Shown here one piece after another: positions 58,977-64,000 of a DNA stretch of 64,000 bases. How positions within the stretch are numbered: the stretch's first letter is position 1; every line of letters starts with the position of its first letter. The position numbers and the translations under genes are program-made. The notes under the pieces were generated by a model, which saw only the letters and a program-made list of their open reading frames with translations, did not search any database and was not told the DNA's origin. The stretch comes from Gammaproteobacteria bacterium (GTDB taxonomy: Bacteria; Pseudomonadota; Gammaproteobacteria; SZUA-229), in contig JAGXGK010000025.1 in the NCBI GenBank assembly GCA_024636785.1, forward strand, positions 19,476-83,475, written 5' to 3'.

Positions 58977-59648
58977 ATGAAAGCTAAGTTACTAATTCTA
59001 AGTACGATTGTTCTGTTTAATACTGGCTGCATGATGCAAACGACAACCAAATCTGAAGCATTTACAGAGATGTATAATGAGAAACCTGTTTCGGTTTTAG
59101 TCATCCCTGCGATCAATCAAAGCACCGCCGCTGATGCACCGATACTGTATTCATCAACAATCAATGAGCCACTGTCCAATGCAGGATATTATGTCTTGCC
59201 AATGGAATTAACTGATCGTTTTTTACGTAACGAAGGCCTATCCGAAGGAGAGGTTCTGAAAGATGTACCAGCGCAGAAATTTGCGCAATTCTTTGGTGCG
59301 GATGCAGTTCTTTACGTAACTATTGAGAAATGGGACACTAATTACTATGTAATCGGGGGCAACGTTACTGTTGGTGCACATTTTCAAATGAAATCATGCA
59401 AAACAGGTGAGACTCTATGGGCATACAGAAACGAAATGGTTTTAGACACCAGCGGCAACAATAACAATGGCGGGGGCTTGCTCGCTGCTTTGATCAGTAC
59501 TGCTATCGCCACGGCTACACAGGATTATGTCCCAGTTGCACGTAACGTCAACGTTCTATCATTGCAAGCTATACCTTTTGGAAAATATCATAAATTACAT
59601 GGCAAAGATCAGGCTGTAGCCATAGATGCGAGCAAAGTAACAAAATAG
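58977..59648 (+). CDS. DUF799 (GNA1162-like) lipoprotein
   Basis: Lipobox LFNTGC. VLVIPAINQSTAADAP...PLSNAGYYVLPMELTDRFLRNEG is typical of DUF799. Confidence 0.7.
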   Translation: MKAKLLILSTIVLFNTGCMMQTTTKSEAFTEMYNEKPVSVLVIPAINQSTAADAPILYSSTINEPLSNAGYYVLPMELTDRFLRNEGLSEGEVLKDVPAQKFAQFFGADAVLYVTIEKWDTNYYVIGGNVTVGAHFQMKSCKTGETLWAYRNEMVLDTSGNNNNGGGLLAALISTAIATATQDYVPVARNVNVLSLQAIPFGKYHKLHGKDQAVAIDASKVTK

Positions 59649-59709
59649 GCACAAGAAGGTTTAAGTAATCAAATCATGCATATTTAAGCTAATAAAGTAT
59701 ATAAGCTTC

Positions 59710-60056
59710 ATGATTAATGTGCTCAACAGGGTAGGTTTTTTCGCAATTACTTTATTATCAACCAATAGTGTAGTTGCTGATCACGTAGAGGGCAGTAATT
59801 ATATAGGCGTACAATATGCAAAGACTGCATATAATAATGACGGCGCATAAGATGAAACTAATCTAGTTGCATTAGTTGGTCGCATGGGCGTTAATGTTAC
59901 TAACGGTTTTCTATTGAAAGAAGGTTAGGTCTAGGCTTACAGGATGATACTGTAAGCATACTTGGTTCTAATGAGAAAATAGAAGTTGAGTCACTTGTTG
60001 GTGTATCTGCCTCAGCGCATATGAATGTTATTAGAAAACTTGCTGTAATTTCATAA
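59710..60056 (+). pseudogene. decayed outer-membrane beta-barrel protein gene
   Basis: Signal peptide followed by YIGVQYAKTAYNNDGA, then an in-frame TAA at 59848. It continues DETNLVALVGRMGVNVTNGF and needs a +1 shift to read RLGLGLQDDTVSILGSNEKIEVESLVGVSASAH. The terminal aromatic residue is missing. Confidence 0.7.
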
Positions 60057-60129
60057 TATGTTTCACAAGTCGCTAAGGTTCTAAAAACATTCTTAATAAT
60101 GCTTCTATCTTCATTTCAATTCCTAATGC

Positions 60130-60156
60130 AAAAAAAGCCCCGGCATAGACCGGGGC
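60130..60156 (-). terminator. rho-independent terminator after the porin gene
   Basis: GCCCCGG...CCGGGGC stem followed by T7 on the minus strand. Confidence 0.8.
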
Positions 60157-60215
60157 AAAAGGAAGAATTAGAGTTGTTATGTTTATTAGCAACTGATGAC
60201 TTAGAAGCGCTCGCT

Positions 60216-61532
60216 CTAGAAAATAATCAGAAGCTGAGCGGAGAGGCGATCATCCATGCCATCAAGAATCTGGTTGGCTGCGTGTGCTGATGCCAGATTA
60301 GGCGCTTCTGCATTTCTGGCTTCATAATTGACGATCAGTCGACTCTTCTTGTTAAAGAAGTACTGCGCACCCACTGTCAGGGTGTCGAATTTACGTTCTT
60401 TTGCCGCCACATCGGTCATACGATTGTAAACGTCGTAACGCAGATCCAGTTCCAGCTCGTTAGTCAGTGCATAACCATAATGCAGATAATAGCCGTCAGC
60501 TTCGCCAGTGGTCTCGACATTGAACGATGCTGTGGCTGTACCAAGGTTGTTTAAAGTACCCGGAACAGCGCCACCATCGCTACCATTGAAGATCATGCCA
60601 TCAGCGGTAATATATTCAAAGCCTGCGCGTTGTTTGCCTTTTTTGAAAGTCGTACCCAGGCCTGAGCGGGTACGATCATATTCACCGGCACCGGCAGCTG
60701 TCAGCGTCCGTTTACCGTCCTGATTCCAGGCAAACAGCTTCCAGCCTTCGCGACGTGCTCCTGCACCGGCATAAACCTGTTCAGAAGACCAGTACAGGTA
60801 GGTCTCCATGCTGTCATTGTTGTCGGCACGATTGATGCCGTTGCCGTTACCCAGCATCACCGCATAACTGTGTTCCCAGTCATTAACCTTGAAGGTGTCA
60901 AACATCTGGATACCAATATCACGGAAGGCGCCAACCGAACCATTGGGCCTATTAGCATCACCTGCGGCTGAGCCATCCCCGTCGAAAAAGCGCTCTAATA
61001 ACAGGCCATTGGTTGCTCCCGTGAAGTTGATGTAGTCAAACACATGGATTGCCTGCAAGCCTTCTTCCGAGCCCGGAGTTTTGAACTGGCCCACCCGAAA
61101 ACGAGCGCCATCGATATGATTGAGTGTGACGCTGGCATCGGTAAGTTTTGCGCTGCCGTTGTCGCCGGCGGTAATGCCATTGTTACCAAATTCAGCCAGT
61201 AAAAAGTAGTTGACATTGCTGTCCAGCGGAAGGCCGGTACCGCGTACACCCAGACGGGCACGAAGGACGTTGAAACCCTTGTTGGACTTCAAATTAGGTC
61301 TCATCTGGTTGAAGATGGCGTCCTGTCCTTTCCAGGGGCCCGCCTGAAGAGGCGTATTACTGGTAGAGCTGTATTCAGGCTGTATGAAGCCCCATACTTT
61401 TGCTCTCGGTGCGGCTGCGTCGCGTTCTGTGCCCTGTAGCATTAGCCAGTTCGCAGCCTGTGCGGTTGAGGCTGCCATTGTGCCTATTATCGCGGCAACA
61501 ATTAATATTTTTTCCGATGGTTTTTTTATCAC
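60216..61532 (-). CDS. outer-membrane porin (beta-barrel), specificity unknown
   Basis: Signal peptide ending TAQAA. Alternating beta-strand pattern, Gly/Asn/Asp-rich loops and C-terminal LLIIF. Confidence 0.7.
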   Translation of the reverse strand: MIKKPSEKILIVAAIIGTMAASTAQAANWLMLQGTERDAAAPRAKVWGFIQPEYSSTSNTPLQAGPWKGQDAIFNQMRPNLKSNKGFNVLRARLGVRGTGLPLDSNVNYFLLAEFGNNGITAGDNGSAKLTDASVTLNHIDGARFRVGQFKTPGSEEGLQAIHVFDYINFTGATNGLLLERFFDGDGSAAGDANRPNGSVGAFRDIGIQMFDTFKVNDWEHSYAVMLGNGNGINRADNNDSMETYLYWSSEQVYAGAGARREGWKLFAWNQDGKRTLTAAGAGEYDRTRSGLGTTFKKGKQRAGFEYITADGMIFNGSDGGAVPGTLNNLGTATASFNVETTGEADGYYLHYGYALTNELELDLRYDVYNRMTDVAAKERKFDTLTVGAQYFFNKKSRLIVNYEARNAEAPNLASAHAANQILDGMDDRLSAQLLIIF

Positions 61533-61608
61533 GCTTATCTCTCCCGAAATTTTTTATAAGTACTGTTTATCAGTACTGCTGGTTGCAGTACCCAGGTAAA
61601 AATATTGA

Positions 61609-62040
61609 TTATGGTTTTATCAGTGTGTAGCCTTCTTCGACTAAATCAATGATGCGCACAACACCGGCTGGCACCGGTTTGGCAGCAGCGTGTAATGTTG
61701 GTGTGTGCCCTAATATTTTGGTCATAGACGCAATGGTGTTTTCGCAGGCAGAGAACGTGACATTGTTGGTTATCAGGCCATCAATGCGTTGACTGTTTGC
61801 ATTCTTTTCAAATAAGAGTCGTAAGCCGGGGCCGAAAGCCACAATTTCAACGGCTACTTTATTCTGGCCATAATGTTTTATCAGGTTGTTGGCAACATTG
61901 AGTACCAGCGTTTGTTTGAAAGGATCGTTGTCGCTAATTTGCAATACGATCTTCTTCTCAGCAAAATCGTTTGCGGCATGCACAGGAAATATGAATGCCA
62001 TCGCTGCCAGCATTATCAGTGATTTATAAAATTTTCTCAT
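61609..62040 (-). CDS. secreted DsrE/DsrF-like (COG1416-type) protein
   Basis: Signal peptide. KKIVLQISDNDP..., VTFSACENTI (conserved Cys) and EEGYTLIKP are typical of the DsrE-like fold family. Confidence 0.65.
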   Translation of the reverse strand: MRKFYKSLIMLAAMAFIFPVHAANDFAEKKIVLQISDNDPFKQTLVLNVANNLIKHYGQNKVAVEIVAFGPGLRLLFEKNANSQRIDGLITNNVTFSACENTIASMTKILGHTPTLHAAAKPVPAGVVRIIDLVEEGYTLIKP

Positions 62041-62339
62041 TGTGACTCCACTCGTAATTATTTAAATACGCTTAATGAATGCCGTAACGCTGGCATCTAA
62101 TATAAAGACGGAGCTAATATGAATTTATTCACTGGAATTTGTTTTACTGGCTTAATTATTTAGTAGATTCACGTTATCATTGAAAATGCTGGCGAAAGTA
62201 TCCATGCTAAGCTTGATTAAAGAGTGCTGTTTTTGAACTTACGGCAACAATGTGTTAATTAAAATATAACAATATATTAATTAACTTATGTGAATAAATG
62301 GTCGATTGCATCGTCTCTACTTAAGGCGGGAGTTTTATT

Positions 62340-62888
62340 TTGAAAAAAGTTACAAATATGCTGGCTGCGTTCTCGCTGAAATCGGAATTCGCGGCGCGAC
62401 GTAATAAACTGTATCGCATCGCTTATTCATGGTGTCATAGCTCCGCCCTGGCAGACGATTTGGCTCAGGAAACGATTTATAAAGCGATGAAAAATGCCGC
62501 CGGCCTGCGTGACCCTGGCACTATTGATACCTGGTTGTATCGAATATTGTTCAATTGCTGGCAGGATTATTTAAGGGTTAAAAACCGAAATGTTGAATTT
62601 GTTGAAATGCACGACGAGGTACAGGCTGAGCATGCTGAAAGTTATCAGCAATCTCAGATCGTCAATCGTGTGCGCTCAGCAATCGAATTATTACCTATGC
62701 CGCTACGGGAAGTGGTGACACTGGCAGATTTTGCGGGATTAAGTTATGCGGAAATTGCTGAGATCATCGATGTACCAATAGGCACAGTCATGAGTCGGTT
62801 ATTCCGGGCACGAAAAAATCTAAAGCAGCAGTTGCTGGACTTCGGTGTAGATGAGCTTTCCGGCTGCAAGTTGCGGAGTATTAAGTAA
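62340..62888 (+). CDS. ECF-type RNA polymerase sigma factor
   Basis: Region 2 is DDLAQETIYKAMKN...WLYRILFNC. Region 4 is LSYAEIAEIIDVPIGTVMSRLFRARKNL. TTG start with an upstream GGGAG. Confidence 0.85.
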   Translation: MKKVTNMLAAFSLKSEFAARRNKLYRIAYSWCHSSALADDLAQETIYKAMKNAAGLRDPGTIDTWLYRILFNCWQDYLRVKNRNVEFVEMHDEVQAEHAESYQQSQIVNRVRSAIELLPMPLREVVTLADFAGLSYAEIAEIIDVPIGTVMSRLFRARKNLKQQLLDFGVDELSGCKLRSIK

Positions 62889-63622
62889 TGAGTGTTAATG
62901 AAATTACGGAAGAAAAATTAAATTTATTTGTCGACAAGCAACTCGATGCTGATGAGATGAATGAAATTCATCAGTTGTTGCTGGATGACAAGGTATTGCG
63001 TGAGCGTGTCTGTCAGCTAAAAGCAGTACGTGAGCTGGTCGGTTACGCCTACAGTGAAGTGCCACCTTCACGCTATGAGAAGGTCGGGGTAAAAAGTTCG
63101 CGCTCAATTTATGCAAAAGCGATGGCGGCCTCGGTAACGCTGGCTATAGGGGTGTTATTAGGCTGGGGAACTTACCAGTATAGCCCCGGCGCAAAAGGAA
63201 TTATCTCTGCTGAAAATACTTTTCAATATGTAGCTAATCAGGCAAGCGTGGATCATACGCAACGCAAAATTGTGCTGCATATCGATTCGGGCGATGTGCA
63301 GGTGGTAAATGCCGCCTTAACTGAAGCTGATCAGTTACTGGCGACTTATCGCAAAGCCAATACGCCAATGAAACTGGATATTGTCACTAATAAATCAGGT
63401 ATTAATGTTTTAAGGCCGGGTGTATCGCCTTATATAGAGCGTTTACAAAAAATGGCCGCTGACGGTAATGTATCGTTTTTTGCCTGCAAGCAATCTATTG
63501 CTAAAGCCCATAACATTGAAGGTGTTGAAATTGTTTTGATGCCCGGTGTGGTGGTTGACAGAACGGCCGCAGACATAATTCCACAGCGCCTCAAAAAGGG
63601 CTGGGTGTATATAAAAGCCTAA
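62888..63622 (+). CDS. anti-sigma factor with periplasmic DsrE-like domain
   Basis: Start overlaps the sigma stop (TAATG). N-terminal anti-sigma helix region, one TM helix (AASVTLAIGVLLGWG) and a C-terminal domain homologous to the 143-aa protein at 61609. Confidence 0.7.
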   Translation: MSVNEITEEKLNLFVDKQLDADEMNEIHQLLLDDKVLRERVCQLKAVRELVGYAYSEVPPSRYEKVGVKSSRSIYAKAMAASVTLAIGVLLGWGTYQYSPGAKGIISAENTFQYVANQASVDHTQRKIVLHIDSGDVQVVNAALTEADQLLATYRKANTPMKLDIVTNKSGINVLRPGVSPYIERLQKMAADGNVSFFACKQSIAKAHNIEGVEIVLMPGVVVDRTAADIIPQRLKKGWVYIKA

Positions 63623-63682
63623 CTTTATGAAACATCCGGTCTAATAAATTCTGGCAGTTGAAAGTTTGGTTTTTAACTGCCC

Positions 63683-64000
63683 TTAAGCCGCAACACTCTC
63701 CGCAAATAGAACCGTTTCAATCTGCCAGTGGCTTTCAGAGGCGTGCAGTATCAGGCAGGAAGGGCCGCCGTGGTTTCTGACCTTGCCGGCTGCACCGGGG
63801 TTAATCACCCAGGGTTCAGCTGTCTGGTCGATAATGCGTTTGTGGGTATGGCCATAAATCACCAGTCTGGCTTCAGCATGATCCCAGCGAAACTGGTCAT
63901 GGTCAGGATGATGGCCCAGACGATGACCGTGTTCGATAATGATTAAACCGCCGGGTAATTGCAATTGAGTGGAATAAGGCAGGGCAGCGACGATCTCTGC
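63683..64000 (-). CDS. metallophosphoesterase (YfcE/MJ0936-like), N-terminus beyond window
   Basis: Frame is open to nt 64000. IIIEHGH, VIYGHTHK and NPGAAG motifs. Confidence 0.7.
   Translation of the reverse strand, partial: AEIVAALPYSTQLQLPGGLIIIEHGHRLGHHPDHDQFRWDHAEARLVIYGHTHKRIIDQTAEPWVINPGAAGKVRNHGGPSCLILHASESHWQIETVLFAESVAA

Noticed and set aside
60099-60290. 63-aa plus-strand ORF spanning the porin terminator and porin 3' end.
   Set aside because: It covers a clear minus-strand terminator hairpin and overlaps the porin coding sequence. It is spurious.
62041-62339. Search for an ECF-type promoter (GGAAC-N16/17-CGT) upstream of the sigma gene. Candidates were TGAACTTACGGCAACAATGTGTTAAT and GGAAT...CACGTT.
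   Set aside because: The spacing or the -10 element does not fit. I cannot support a call without knowing the ECF group's consensus.

Overview
This 64-kb chromosomal window looks gammaproteobacterial from its gene order (yhdP, C-N hydrolase, darP, purNM, DUF2066, hda). The first ~18 kb is housekeeping. From ~18.3 to ~54.8 kb there is a dense nitrogen-oxide respiration supercluster, mostly on the minus strand. It contains napFDAGHBC. It also contains a heme-copper-oxidase (HCO) cluster that resembles an sNOR-type NO reductase: an unlisted 53-aa micro-ORF, a CuA subunit II, and a subunit I lacking the cross-link Tyr. That cluster sits among Cu/heme-a assembly genes (2x SCO, CtaA, DUF420, hemerythrin) and is followed by a dihaem cytochrome b::2x[4Fe-4S]::MvhD-like fusion. 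Next come heme d1 biosynthesis genes nirE-C-F-DL-G-H-J, two paralogous nirS genes, a short NosR/NirI-like protein, a NirT tetrahaem::NirB-like fusion, an amicyanin-like cupredoxin and a NirN-like cd1 protein. The supercluster ends with moaA and moaB-moeA. CRP/FNR-type boxes precede nap, moa, the HCO cluster, nirE and nirS. The last ~7 kb holds a visibly AT-rich island encoding a CsgG-like lipoprotein plus three accessory lipoproteins (DUF4810/DUF799 types). It also holds a decayed OMP gene, a porin, and an ECF sigma/anti-sigma pair whose periplasmic domain is a paralogue of an adjacent secreted DsrE-like protein. Small repeats are present: three copies of an 80-103 bp palindromic element, one 184-bp palindromic element and a heptanucleotide microsatellite. 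I saw no rRNA, tRNA, CRISPR array, transposase or phage genes. All family assignments come from reading motifs by eye, with no database search.
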